From the NCBI RefSeq assembly GCF_022045235.1, contig NW_027266330.1:31744001-31808000 (forward strand): a stretch of 64,000 nt of DNA, written 5' to 3'. A program made the position numbers and the translations under genes. Shown piece after piece: positions 24,501 to 39,800 of this stretch (its first letter is position 1; the number at the start of each line of letters is the position of its first letter). The notes beneath the pieces are model-generated. The model ran no database searches. It worked only from the letters and a program-made list of their open reading frames with translations, and was not told the DNA's origin. The DNA is from Haliotis cracherodii. Lineage: Eukaryota.

Positions 24501-27105
24501 CCTCCCTTATAAAGTCAATGCAATAATCTGTCATAGTCAATAATATTATGCTGTAAAAAATAAATGAAAATTGAAAGAGTAAATGATAAATTACCTCTAC
24601 AATGACTAGAACATTTATGAAAATCACATTAGAATTAAAGAAAACATTTCACGAAACAAGCTCCCTTTAAACAATTTCCTTGACAAAAAAATTAATGGTG
24701 TTAAACATGAATAAAGGGGACACACAGTGACCTAAACTATCCAATAGCAGGTGTGATTATAGAATGTGTTTTCCACCTAATAGTATCATAAAAGCCAGAT
24801 AAAACATTAAGTATTTGGGTAGGTTACCCGCACCCTGGATGTGAAACATGTGTCAGTGGTAAAAACATGTCAAAATATATTTGTTTCAACAATAAAATAT
24901 ACTAAAAATATACTGAAACTTTTTGAAAATGCATATTTGACATTTTGTAATATTTGACAAACTGGCCATAAAAATCAAATTAAGTTTAGGCATGAGATAA
25001 TCAAACTCAACAACGTCAATTTGTCACAGTCATCATTCTCAGTCAAGTAAGTAACTATTTACAGTTAAAATCGTCTTCCTGTCCTTCGAGTTAAAGCTGA
25101 TAATGCGTTTTCATTGTATATCAGTATACTTAGTCATGGGGAGCCGAATAAATAGTGGAACAAAAACTATACCTTTTACCAAAAAACACAAAATACCAAA
25201 TACAGCACCAATCATTTGGAATTATACCAATTTTACATGAAACATGTACTCAACAAAGACATTTGCAAAAGACTAATGCTTATTAACGCATAGATACTTC
25301 TGTTGTTGGTATTGACTGACATGCTGTATGACATGGCCTATAACTGTGTTCTATATTCCATGTGTTGTAAGACCAGTGTTTTCTACAAGAAACTGCAACA
25401 ATCCGCTCAATATTATTGTGTAACAAACATAAAAATATAACTTGATTAAGTCTTGTTGGTGTATATAATAAAAGATGAACTTTGGACCAATATTTTTGAA
25501 TATATAATTTGGAAACATTACCAATAATATCTTCATCAGTGTAATATGCTCCAATTTTCAATGTATTCATGACAGTCTTGCTGATCTCACAGGTCAAGAA
25601 TTATGTGGCTAGTGTCACATGTTATAACAATGTACAAATACATTTATTCTCAAACCCAAAATGACAAAGAGTATAATCCGTACATTGATATTTCTAGGCA
25701 AGTTCAATTCCAAAGGCATTTTTACATGCCTGGAGACCAGTGAAGATCCAGGGTAGATTAGGTCTTCAGCTACACACGCTTGCCACAACTGGCGACTTTG
25801 CTTGTCATAAGAGGCGACTAATGGGAATGGGTGGTCAGGCTCGCTGACTTGGTTGATGCATGTCATCATGCCCCAATTGCGTCGATCTAAGCTCATTATA
25901 TCAATCACTGGATTGTCTGGTCCAAACTCGATTATTTACAGACCGCCGTCATATAGCTGGAATATTGCTAAGTGCGGCGTTAAACCAAAAACAAACATAC
26001 AACATGCCAGGAACCAAATCTTGTTGACAGTTCATTACTGCAAATACATTAGTTGAATTTGATCAAGAAAATCTGGAAATCCAGAAAAGAATGGTTGGGT
26101 TATTCCCGACAATGTCTTGTATCAATGTATAAAACATGTAACTTGATCACGGCCTGAGACAATGTCAGCAATCATTCATATGGTGTAACAATTCATTTGT
26201 TGATGGTCCGATCGCAGAACACATTAACAAGTTCAAACATCACAAAGTAAACAAATAATACAACAATCACCCTGAGAACCACTGGCTATCATTCAAACTG
26301 TCATGTTTAGAGACACTAGCGGGCATCCATTTGGAACATCTCCACAGTCTCGTGGCAAACTTTAATTAGAGTTACCTCCCTTACCAAGCTCCTTCCCAGC
26401 GTGTGACACCTTCGTTACACTCTCGGTAACATCGCTGCCACCAGTGAGGACGCAACTATTACAAGAATCTCGAAATTTGTCCTCTAACCCCAAATTAAGT
26501 AACGTTTATACTTTTGTTTCTGTCTTCCGGAATGCCATCGTAGTTATTTTTGAAAAGTTTTATGACTGACCATTTTTCCAACATGATTTTAACTTTTTGT
26601 TTGTTTGATCATATTGGTTCAAGATTGCAGGCAAACGGAAAATCAACCAACTTCCCCCTTACATTCTTACCACATCAATTACAAGATAGTTGTAATGAAA
26701 CAGAAATTCAAATAGCCAAACAAAGAAAATAATTAAGCAGGAGTAAGAGTATTCGGCGCCACGGCAGTCATCACTTGTTTGTAAACATAACTGTCAGTAG
26801 GTTGCGAGTTCAACTCAAAGCATGGTTCTGGCCACCGATCACAGTGCGGAGTTTTAACAGGTGGCAGCAATAGCATAGAGAGCTCCATGAACAGGCTAGC
26901 GCTGTGAGGAGCTTAGGATCTGGCAGAGATGACAATAACATCACAACATTGTTAAAGGAGTCATAATGACCCGTCCACGTTCATGAAATATCCTGACAAT
27001 AAACAGTTTCCCAGCTGCTCATGCACAGCAACTTCATTTCAGAAGACACACACCTGACCAGAAGTGTAATGATTCAACAACGTCCAGGACACACGAGTGA
27101 TAATA

Positions 27106-27449
27106 CTGTATTCGACGTAATAAGCGCCCCTCTCTAAAAAGCGCCCAAAGTGATATTTGCTAATATACTGGCTAGTGAACAATCCCCAAAAGCACCCCTT
27201 CCGATTGATCAATGTACAAAAGACTTATTTATTCGCATATAATACGCACTCTTGGGTAATATGCACCCTTAATTGTGGGCAATTATATTCTGGAAAGATA
27301 TATCTGTCATATATAAACATTTCAGGCTGTCAGCATAAACCACAAAATTTATTCTTCAACTCTGTTTCTTCCACGAAAATAATATTCTAACAAGAGCCCC
27401 CTATTTCTAATTTTGAGAGTGCCCTGGGCGCTAATTACGTCGAATACAG
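27106..27449. mobile_element. MITE with TA TSD (Tc1/mariner-pogo type); copies 47564-47888, partial 46855-47168 and 51070-51222
   Basis: TIR C(T/C)GTATTCGACGTAATAAGCGCCC / GGGCGCTAATTACGTCGAATACAG flanked by TA. Confidence 0.88.
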
Positions 27450-27610
27450 TACATACATGTTCGAGACAGAATAGTTTTTGATTCGGCGCTTCAAAAATAT
27501 GCAACCATTTCTTTGAAAGGACCCAAACAAACAAATTTATCCAAAGATGATATTTTTCCTCAATATCCAGCATGTCTGATGAATTTTTTGTTATTTTTTT
27601 TTTTTAAATC

Positions 27611-27840
27611 TAAGGCTAAAAAAAAATAATAGTCATGGTTGTCAGGCACCACCCACATTATCATAAAGTCTGCCGCACGTTTTGTTTTTATTTCCATTTT
27701 AAAAAAATTATAAAAATCCTAATATTTAAACACAATGCACACACACAAAAAAAAATGGAAACAAAAACGAAATGTGCAATAAACTTTATGATAATGTGAC
27801 CAGGGCCTGAGAACCAAGACTATTTTCTTTTTTAGCCTAA
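27611..27840. mobile_element. Fold-back MITE with long imperfect inverted repeats; related half at ~33770-33850
   Basis: AGGCTAAAAA..ATAGTCATGGTTGTCAGG..CACATTATCATAAAGT mirrored by ACTTTATGATAATGTG..CCTGAGAACCAAGACTAT..TTTTTAGCCT. Confidence 0.7.
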
Positions 27841-28574
27841 GGAGTCAAATTTATATATAAAATATTGTAAAATACATTTGTGGTATTAGCCTAGTGGTAC
27901 TGGCCCAGCACTTCTAAATCCCAGGTTCAATAAACAAAATCAATAAATCATAGCATTGAGCGTATTTTGATACATACCCCAATGCCCATGTATCCTGATT
28001 CACACTGTGTAACTCAGTAGGCAATATTTGGCAATATATTGGCAGACAATACTCCTTCACTGAATTAAGAGAAACCTTGTTACTTCAAACTCCGCTACCT
28101 CAATATATGATAAAAGTGGTTGAAATGACATTTGAATGTAAAATAACTAATATTTAATTTCATTTATGCCAAGAAAAACATATTTTAGTTTGCCAGTTTG
28201 ATCAAGCCGTTTTGGTATATGTATTGTGTTTCCAAAATAATGATGACTCCCTGTTGTGTTTTGAGAGCTCCAGCGATGAGCGTGAGTGACCCGCGATGGT
28301 CAAATGTGTGCGAATTTCTGTGTTGCAGAGAGTTAGCTGCTGAGCACTAATCTTCGGAACATATTTAATGTTACGAAGGACTCAGCCAATAAAGAGTGGT
28401 GAACACTATCTTCTCTTCATCATTTGTACCACAAAGTAACATGAGAATTACGGCAGTATTTTGTATCTGCACCATATGGTATTCCGCTTGGTTCAGTGAT
28501 GGCTCTCTCAATACACATTCAATAGCAGTCAATGAACTCAGCCACTTGTTAAAAACCTGACTCAAGTAGGATGT

Positions 28575-28840
28575 TTAATCTGCTCAGCTAATAATAGTCC
28601 CATGTTAAGGCCAAACTTTGCTAAAAATTACAAAAAAACCCATCTGGATGGAAGACAAATAGCTCTGCTAATAATAGTCTAATGTAAGGCTAAATATGAC
28701 AGAAAAGTCAATTCTGGGTGGTAGACTATTAGTTCAGCTAATAATAGCCTTTGGCCAAACTTTGCTAGAAAAAACAGAAACGTCAATTCAGGGTGGTAAA
28801 CTATTATCCCAGCTAATAATACTGTATATGTTAAGGGCAA
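28575..28840. repeat. Degenerate ~70-80-bp tandem repeat (4 copies) downstream of the FMO stop
   Basis: Recurring GCTAATAATA...GGC(C/T)AAA blocks. Confidence 0.65.
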
Positions 28841-28980
28841 TACCTGCTGATAAAGACTAAAGTTCTGGCTTGTACACTTAAACATTCAGGCACAGACAAC
28901 GATCACCTCGCGACTTTGATTTAACAAGGTTTCAAAGCATATCCTGACTGACACAATATTGTATTTATAACAGAGTTTGT

Positions 28981-31900
28981 TTAGAAGAGGAAGGCGGTGA
29001 CTTTACACATGCAGCAGAGAGCCATCAACACGAAGACACCGACGACTACCACTAGGACGAAGCCTGTGAAGTTCATCATGTCGGTCATGGGCGTCTTCCG
29101 CACCAACTCCTCTGCCCCGCTCCACGCGTGGGGACCCTGGAGACGCCACTGGGAGGCACCGCATGAACTGAACAACAACCTACAAAGATGAGGAAACACT
29201 GTTACCACGTTTACATAAATAACGAGAGGATATTTGTCTTTCGTCCTAAGGTAATGCATATCTCATCAAATGATCTTCCATCTCTTCCACTTATCTGGGG
29301 GCTGTAATTAAAGCCTTATCATACTGGGTCAGTTTTTGTTGTTTTACGCCGCACTCAGCAATATTCCAGCTTTATGATGGCCGTCTGCCAATAATCGAGT
29401 CTGGACCAGACAATCCAGTGATTGACATCATGAGCATCAATCCACACAATTGGGATACGATGACATGCATCAACCAAGTCAGCGAGCCTGACCACCCGAT
29501 CCCGTTAGTTGCCTCTTATGACAAGCATAGCCGCCTTTTATGGCAAGAGTGGGTTCCTGAAGACTTATTCTACCCTGGGTTTTCACGAGTGAGAGAGTGT
29601 GGTTTTATGCCCCATGTTGCAATATTCCAGCAATATCATGGCGGGGGATACCAGAAATGGGCCTCACACATTGTACCAATGTGGGGAATCAAACCCAGGT
29701 CTTCACCATGACAAGTGAATGCTTTAACCACTAGGCTACCCCACTGCCCTTATCATGCTGAAGGTTGGACTCCACAAGGCAGAGTGCACTCACTCACTTG
29801 CTAATCTGGACCCTACCCAGTCTAGCCACCCAACATTCTCACTCACTCATTATTTACACTAAGATACCGCAATTCGCAGAAACCTATGATAGTGGATTCG
29901 AATCCCGGTTCACCCCGATTATGTTTCGAGGTTTGTCAGTACCACACCCATGCTTGTGGGTTGCAACAAAGTGGGAAACGTCAAAGTAGGAGACGGGCTT
30001 TCCTCCCATAGGCCATGGCATGTCATGGCATCAACTGAAATGCTGTTAAAAATGTTGTTAAACCCAACTCACTCACCGACAACTCACTCACTCACAGACT
30101 CAGCCAGCACTCCCACTCCACGCACCACGCACAACCACTTTCACTTACTCACTCACTCACTCACGCAGCACTCTCACTCACTCACCCACCACTCTCACTC
30201 ACTCACTCACTCACTCACCCACCACTCTCACTCACTCACTCACTCACCCACCACTCTCACTCACTCACTCACCCTCCACTCTCACTCACTCACCCTCCAC
30301 TCTCACTCACTCACCCTCCACTCTCACTCACTCTCCCACCACTCTCACTCACTCACCCTCCACTCTCACTCACTCACCCACCACTCTCACTCACTCACCC
30401 TCCACTCTCACTCACTCACCCTCCACTCTCACTCACTCTCCCACCACTCTCACTCACTCACCCACCACTCTCACTCACTCACCCTCCACTCTCACTCACT
30501 CTCCCACCACTCTCACTCACTCACCCACCACTCTCACTCACTCACCCACCACTCTCACTCACTCACCCTCCACTCTCACTCACTCACCCACCACTCTCAC
30601 TCACTCACCCTCCACTCTCACTCACTCACCCTCCACTCTCACTCACTCACCCACCACTCTCACTCACTCACCCACCACTCTCACTCACTCTCCCAACACT
30701 CTCACTCACTCACCCACCACTCTCACTCACTCACCCACCACTCTCACTCACTCACTCACTCACTCACTCACCCACCACTCTCACTCACTCACCCTCCACT
30801 CTCACTCACTCACCCTCCACTCTCACTCACTCACCCTCCACTCCAACTCACTCACCCACCACTCTCACTCACTCACCCTCCACTCTCACTCACTCACCCA
30901 CCACTCTCACTCACTCGCCCACCACTCTCACTCACTCACCCACCACTCTCACTCACTCACCCTCCACTCTCACTCACTCACCCACCACTCTCACTCACTC
31001 GCCCACCACTCTCACTCACTCACCCACCACTCTCACTCACTCACCCTCCACTCTCACTCACTCACCCACCACTCTCACTCACTCACCCACCACTCTCACT
31101 CACTCAACCACTAATCTCACACAACCACTCACACTCAGCACTCACTCACTTACCCACCACTCACTCACCCTCCACTCCAACTCACTCACCCACCACTCTC
31201 ACTCACTCACCCTCCACTCTCACTCACTCGCCCACCACTCTCACTCACTCGCCCACCACTCTCACTCACTCACCCACCACTCTCAGTCACTCACCCTCCA
31301 CTCTCACTCACTCACCCTCCACTCTCACTCACTCACCCACCACTCTCACTCACTCACCCACCACTCTCAGTCACTCACCCACCACTCTCACTCACTCACC
31401 CACCACTCTCACTCACTCACCCTCCACTCTCACTCACTCGCCCACCACTCTCACTCACTCACCCTCCACTCTCACTCACTCACCCACCACTCTCACTCAC
31501 TCACCCACCACTCTCACTCACTCACCCACCACTCTCACTCACTCACCCACCACTCTCACTCACTCGCCCACCACTCTCACTCACTCACCCACCACTCTCA
31601 CTCACTCACCCACCACTCTCACTCACTCACCCTCCACTCTCACTCACTCGCCCACCACTCTCACTCACTCACCCACCACTCTCACTCACTCACCCACCAC
31701 TCTCACTCACTCACCCACCACTCTCACTCACTCACCCTCCACTCTCACTCACTCGCCCACCACTCTCACTCACTCACCCACCACTCTCACTCACTCGCCC
31801 ACCACTCTCACTCACTCACCCACCACTCTCACTCACTCACCCTCCACTCTCACTCACTCGCCCACCACTCTCACTCACTCACCCACCACTCTCACTCACT

Positions 31901-34900
31901 CACCCACCACTCTCACTCACTCACCCACCACTCTCACTCACTCACCCACCACTCTCACTCACTCACCACTCTCACTCACTCACCCTCCACTCTCACTCAC
32001 TCACCACTCTCACTCACTCGCCCACCACTCTCACTCACTCACCCACCACTCTCACTCACTCACTCACTCGCCCACCACTCTCACTCACTCACCCACCACT
32101 CTCACTCACTCACCCACCACTCTCACTCACTCACTCACTCGCCCTCCACTCTCACTCACTCGCCCACCACTCTCACTCACTCACCACTCTCACTCACTCA
32201 CCCACCACTCTCACTCACTCACCCACCACTCTCAGTCACTCACCCTCCACTCTCACTGACTCACCCACCACTCTCACTCACTCACCCACCACTCTCACTC
32301 ACTCACCCTCCACTCTCACTCACTCACCCACCACTCTCACTCACTCGCCCACCACTCTCAGTCACTCACCCACCACTCTCACTCACTCACCCTCCACTCT
32401 CACTCACTCACCCACCACTCTCACTCACTCGCCCACCACTCTCAGTCACTCACCCACCACTCTCACTCACTCACCCTCCACTCTCACTCACTCACCCTCC
32501 ACTCTCACTCACTCACCCACCACTCTCACTCACTCGCCCACCACTCTCACTCACTCAACCACCACTCTCACTCACTCACCCTCCACTCTCACTCACTCAC
32601 CCTCCACTCTCACTCACTCACCCACCACTCTCACTCACTCGCCCACCACTCTCACTCACTCAACCACTAATCTCACACAACCACTCACACTCAGCACTCA
32701 CTCACTTACCCACCACTCACTCACCCACCACTCTCACTCACTCAACCACTAATCTCACTCACTCACTCACTCACTACTAACCTCCATGCAAGGAGTGGGT
32801 GCCTCCATATTTCTGGCTTGGCCCCGAAGAAGGAGGCCACCTCATCGTTGTAGAGTATAGGGTCCTTCTGGATGGTGTGTCGCGCCGTCTTGTACCATCT
32901 CTCAGAATATATCCTCTGAAACACAGACCATGTCAGAAGTCAGAGATCCACCTCGTGAAGCAGGACATATATCTCTTCTGAGTTCTCAAGAACTTTCAGG
33001 GGGCACGGGTGGCCCAGTCGTCTATGATGTCGTGAGTTGCGTCCCATGCGCACGCCAGAAACCTATGATTGTGGGTTTGAATCCCGGTTTGCCCTGATTA
33101 TGTTTCTAGCACCATACCCGTGCTCGTGGGTTTCACCGAAGTAATAAATATCTGAAACCTGCATCCCTTCGGGCTTTCCTCCCATATTAAGCCAACTGGA
33201 ATACTGTTAAAAGAGGCTTTAAACCCAACTCACTCACTCAAGAACATTCCAAACCTTTTCTCTGGTGATGTCTTGCTCCATCTGAAAGTTGGAGGGCAGC
33301 TTGACCCGCCCCTTGATCACCTCGGAGAACCAGCGAGCTTGTGTCTCGGACATCGTCAGCACCCCACCAGAAGCCGGTTGGACAAAGCCGATGAAAGCCA
33401 GGGACTTGCCGATATCGGGGCTGAACACGTTCTTGAACAACTGAAACGGACGAAAGTATGGTTACTCAAACATATCAAATTAATGAGCAACTTGTTTACA
33501 TGAAGGGAGAGACAGGATTCTGGTAACAACGACAAATGTATTCAAACTTTATAAAGCTGCTGTGGGTACTGGCTTAACTTTTGTGTTGCAATTTATGGTT
33601 CATGTATTGCAATCTTTCATCTGTAAGTTGGTATAAACATGAATAGGAAAACGTTCCCCTCACAATTTTGACAACTTCATAATTGTCTGGATTCGTGTTA
33701 AATCATGACTTCAAAAATTTAGAAAACAACTCCCACAAATAATGTGGTGAACATTTTTTAAATTGAAAATGGAAATATAAATGAAACGTGGCAGACTTTA
33801 TGATGATGCGGACAGTCCCTGAGAACCAAGACAATTATTTTTCTAAGCCTTATCTCGAACCTAGCAGAAGCGAGTAAACCGTATTATTTGCAAGGCTACG
33901 GCTACGTAAACCCTGCAGAAGCAAAGAGTTTACCTTCAATTCGTTGCTGTTGTCAACGACGACCTTGTCCTTCACACTGTCAGGGAGGTACGGCAGGTCG
34001 ATGCTGTAGCCCGTGCAGTACAGGATCTTGTCAAACTCCGCAGACTCCCCATTCACAAAATACACTTTCTCGCCTTCAATTCTCTAAAATGTGAAATTAG
34101 AAATATGAAAATGACAGATATTTGTTACTGCAACAAAACTTTTGAAATGTTACTCTCTGGTGAAACTGAATTTTCTGTTTGTATGTGCGTTGTGTAACAC
34201 CTCATTCAGCAATGTTGCAGCTAAATGACAGCGGCCTGTAAATAATCAGGTCTAGACCAGACAATGCTGTGAATGATACTGTGAGAAACGATTCATGCCA
34301 TCAACCAAGTCACCGAGTCTGACCACCAGATCCATGTTGCCTACTTCAACCAGCACAGGGTATCAGCACAAGCTATCAGTGACAACATGATAGAGTTTTG
34401 TTTGTTTTTTAACACCATTTTTAGTAAAAGTGCAGCTATGTGACAACTGCCCCAAAATAATCTTGGTTTGTTTGTTAGTTGTTTAATGCCACACTCACAA
34501 ATATTCCAGCTATATGATGGCAGTACACTTGTCTGCTAGCCATCTCCTACCAGTATATTTGGCACGACGGTGATCTCCTTCCTCTGTATGTGGTGGACAA
34601 GGGTAGGGCTCACTGTCGGCTGGGTCTGCATGGCTCTCATCTTCGGGTTTAGGTTCCACCTGGAATATACACACGAGATGAGGGATTCATCACTGTTTTA
34701 CTATACAGTCATACTTCAACAATGAAGACAGCATTGGCATGGATTTCTTTCAGTTAGGGGATAAAAATACTGTATTCTTGTACTAGCTACCTTAAGACAT
34801 AAATGGTGAAATGGAATTTGGAACTTACTGACAATGACTGGGAATATATTCTTCAGCGACCATCACAGTCCGTGACTTTAGCCACTAGTTCATAACCCGA

Positions 34901-36828
34901 GTCTAGCAAAATTTCTTTCGGTCAAGTAAGCTTTGCTAATCAAAGATCTACTGACTATGATGTCAAGAGAAAGGCTCCGGCTTGTAGGCTGACAAGTTTT
35001 GGGCACAGACTGCCATCAGCCGTTTCAGAGGTGGTTATTGTGATTTGAAACCTCTGATTCACCAATAAGAGTCATGGAATTCATGGTAGAAGACACTTTG
35101 CTGGAAAAACATACTTGTATTTCTTTATGAAACAATGCACTGAAATTTGTAAAGAAATCTGGAAATCAGTAAGTCTTTTGTGTTTCCATGGATACTGCAG
35201 CAGCTACAAAACGCCACAAGACATGATTCTATGACACATGAAAATAATTATTAAAAATGCTTCTTTCACAACACATCTGATTCAATATTGAATGTACCTA
35301 AGGGACAGACCATTTCATTTTCTCCGGAAGCAAGGGATTTTTATAAATAAAGAGACATTGTCCAAGAAAATGTTGAAAAATATAATTCTGCTTCAGGCTG
35401 TTGTCTTCCACAAAAATAACACTGGTGCAAGGTGGGTTTTTAAAAGAAAATATTTAGGCTTACAGCTCTAATTAAAAAAATAACTGGTTTTGCATCTGTA
35501 GCTGAAAAAATACCATATAAATAGCAGGTTCCCACAATTTATCTCTGAAACCAGAGAACTAAAAAAGGGCACTGTCAATTTTCATCAAGTACTTACTTTC
35601 TTGGGTTGCCGGACACAAGTTTAATAACTGTCTCCAGGACCATATTTGCCCATCTCCATGGCAACAAGAAAAAAGCTCTGCATGCATAAAGATCTGTGGG
35701 AAAGCCGAAGATGTAGTTTGGGATGACCCAACACCCAGAGCGGGTGCTGATGTAGACCGACTTACACCTGCAACACAGAGGGACACCAAAACAGGAGTGA
35801 ATGTTCATAACACAAAAGGGGGCATGGGTGGCCCAGTCGTCTAAGGCGCCGCGATTCGCTGTGCAGAGTTTCGTCCCTTGGGCACGCCAGAAACCTATGA
35901 TTGTGGGTTCGAATCCCGGTTCGCCCTGATCATGTTTCTAGGTTTTTCAGCACCATACCCGTTCTCGTGGGTTTCACCGAAGTGGTAAACGTCTGAGACC
36001 TGCATCACTTCGGGTTTTCCTCCCACATTAACTGGAATACTGTTAAAAGCGGCGTTAAACCCAACCCTTCACTCACTCATAACACAAAAATGAGCAATAA
36101 GGCAAGGAGTGAATGTTCTCTCTAATACCCCTGACCTCGACCATAACATCAGCTGAAGAACAATTTTGATATTGGAGATATATGGATGCCTTAACGTTTT
36201 AGCTGGTTAATAATATAAAATACTAATGGCATCAAGTCATAGGTCGTACAAATGTTGAAGTAAAAAAGTGAAAAATGTCTATTTTTTTAAGAAAATCCAA
36301 ATATTAAAATCAAACTTTCAGTGTTCCCACTGGCTTTTGAAACTGCCAGTCCACCACGACTGGCAACTCTAAAAATTACCAGTCCCCCTAATTTTTGTCA
36401 ACAAACTTTCAACAAATGAAAAAACTCATGAAAATCACCTGGTTTTAATTCTTTCCCCTCTCTTTTTGTATAATATTTCAAGACTAAATCACTGCAAATA
36501 TATATTTAACCTTGAAGCAAAGCGAAATGTTATTTAATAGCACTAAAAACAGACAAGGGGAACCAAGAACTCAACTGACAACTTGACTTTGTTCAAAATA
36601 TATACTTATTTGAATATCGTCAATGTTTTGTTCAACAATAAAGATTTATAAGATGCTATATTTGCCGGTCCACATGGACTGGCAGTAACATGAATTACCG
36701 GTCCAAGCCTAATTTTACCGGTAAAAAACTGGTAATTACCGGTAAACGGGAACACTGACTTTTACCAAGCTTGAAAAGAATCAATGTAGGAGTTTTCACG
36801 TTAATAGGTCATAGATTTCCTTGACACC

Positions 36829-36874
<46 letters not shown>

Positions 36875-39800
36875 TTCTCAACAGGTCTCACCTTCCTACT
36901 GTGGCACAGTTGACTGCAGCGTCCACGGCGCTGTTGCCGATGCCGACAATGAGGACCCGCTTGCCGGTGTAGCCGTTGCTGATAGCATCATTGAAGTCCA
37001 CACTGTGAATCCTTTCCCCTGCAGCACCAGACAGCTGACATAATCTCAGGAAGTTCTACTGTTCTTCAAACTACCTGGGCCTGTATTGCATGTATTATGG
37101 CAGGTACCAGGAAAATATGCCCGACACTATTACAAACTAGGAATAATTAAGATATAAAGTACAGAACGATTCATCAAGCATGCCATTACGAGACATGTAG
37201 GGCAGGATAGGCTCCTCTTTTCGCGAACACCTGGTATCATCACTATTTTATATTGATTCATGATCATAAACACATATTTTTATAATAAGGCGATGAACCT
37301 CGAATTATTCTTTCACTTACAATGATTGCAAGACCCCCAAATCCCTGGTATTTTAGCGTGGAGGCTAAAAATGGCGGTATAAAATGTAGAAAGTGTTACT
37401 AAGAAAAGATGTGCGAATTCCTTTTGAATATGGGAGAAGGTATCAGGTATCCGGTATTCTGTATTCCAGCCCTCAAACATACTCCCCTGTAAACATGGTA
37501 AATGCATTGGGCAATAAAACATCCATGTCTCACCTGGGAATGTTTCCTCCCCCTTGAAGCGGCCCCATGTTGGCTTGGCGTGATGTCCACTCGCGACGGC
37601 CAGGTAGGGTGCCGTGAACACTGTCTTGATGTTTGTGTCCAGGCCGGCCTTACCATCTTCCTCCACGGAACACGTCTCCACCACCCACTCATCACCTGCA
37701 CACACCATCACCGCTTCGTTACAAGGGTGGCAAGGCTCAGTGATACATATACATGTAGGTCTCAGATCAAAGGTAGGATTCTGATCCGTGGCGGAATCTC
37801 AGATCTATGAAGGATTCCCAAAATAGGGCAGATATTGGCGTATGCTCAGATCTATATCAGATTATCATATAATATTGGTGAGTGAGTGAGTGAGTATGGT
37901 TTTATGCCGCTTTTAGCAATATTCCAGCAATATCACGGCGGAGGACACCAGAAATGGGCTTCAAACATTGTACCCATGTGGGGAATCAAAACCGGGTCTT
38001 CGGCGTGACGTGCAAACGCTTTAACCACTAGGCCACCCCACCGCCCATTATATAATATTAATAAATGGTAATTTCTACAGCGCTAAACATTGACTTTCAA
38101 TGATCAATGTTGTGATTTTTCTGGATTATATTTATGTTTTCCCCTTTGGCACAGCATCATCGATGCAGGGATGGCATATCGGTACTTTTCTTAAATACCT
38201 TAGCCGAAGTTACATCATAAAATCCTAAATATTTTCGCACTTCCCGAATACGTTATTTAGAGCATTTTGAAAATGATTCGGCATGAAGGCATTTTGATCC
38301 TTTGCCGGCATAAATCCACCAAAGAAACAGTTCATTTTCATAACTCTATATAAACCTGGAGTTGGTTGATTGGTTTGTTGTTTAACGCCGCACTCAGCAA
38401 TATTCCAACTTTTGACACAGCTGTATCAATACCAGGGTGTAACTATTCAGCAATATGTATATATCCTGTAATTTTCAGATACTGATATTTTCCCAAGTCT
38501 GTAAGATCAGTATTTTGAATAAAAACTTTCCTGTTCACATTATCATAATTCATAATAATTTTTCAGTTACATAATGGTGTCTTATATTTCTCTGTTCTCC
38601 AACTAGATTCCAGGTTAGAACAGCTCCCCAGCAACATTTGCTGGTCGTAACATGTGAGGCCACTTGATGGTTGCTAACACGTCATCGTGTTCCAAAGCCA
38701 TTGGTTATTGCTCATTATATCAATCACTGGAGTATCTGTTTGACTTAGAATGTAAATTCTTATGTCGTTATAAAGCTTGAGTGACTACAACCAAGGAATG
38801 AGAGGTATAGTACATGACCTGTTGGCATAAGCAGCAGAATAACATGGAAACAACAGGTTATAGACAACAGGTAGAACACAGATGACTGGACGAAGCCAGA
38901 TGTACAGTTGGAATAACAGGTGAGGTGAGGTGAAATTGGTTTTAACGTCGCGTCCAAGATAAGTGCACTTATATTGTAACGTGCATGCACGTGTGTGTGT
39001 GTGGCTGCTTGTACTAGTCCGGACTGATGCCAATTGATAGTGCTAGCCCACTGAGATACCATGCCACATGAATACTCCACTCAGACACAGTATACTGACT
39101 CCGAGCCAACCAGTCCTTGTTTTAGCCCCTTAATGCCGAGCGTCAGACAGGGTAACAACAAGTACCATCTTTTAACCTCTTTAGGTATGACACAGCCGGG
39201 GATCGAACCCTGGACCTTCGGTTCTCCGGGCAGACGCTCTACCACTAGACCACGGAGGCGGTAAGTTGGAATAACAACCAGCACAAGGAAATGAAGCCAG
39301 ATGCATAGTAAGCATTAACAAATTAAACAGGCTGATTGGGTACTACTTAACTTGTTGAACAAGCTAATAAGGAACTAATTCAAAAGTCTATTGCTTTATT
39401 AGATCTTCAGCAGCAGCCAGGATGTAATACCCTTGATCTCTGGTGAACGAAGGTTTGCGACGGCAGATTTCTATAGCTTCCTAGAGTTGTTTTTTTTGTG
39501 AAGTCTTGGTCAAGAGGATTTGGCCATTATGAAACTGGATGCGATGGCTTGGGATCTTTTGTTGGTGGTCTGAGAGCTCCTTTGCTGTCTGTTTTGGCTG
39601 TTGAAGTCTTGTGTTCTTTAATGCTGGGATCTACTAGGCTGGAGGTCACCACAGTCACAGTTAAAGTACTCCTTTGGGGGGTTGCTGGTTGGAGGCGGGT
39701 TACGCCTATTATTTTGGAGGATGGTTCTAGGGATGGGGAGCCAGTGAAGATGGTGCTAATGCCTACTTGATGCTTAAGTAATCTGTTTATCTGAAGTCTT

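Noticed and set aside
29950-32259. 769-aa His/Ser/Thr/Pro-rich ORF
   Set aside because: It is the stop-free CACT minisatellite read antisense within an FMO intron and starts inside a SINE; the repeat frame drifts (HSHSLT, HPPLSLT, HSPTTLT).
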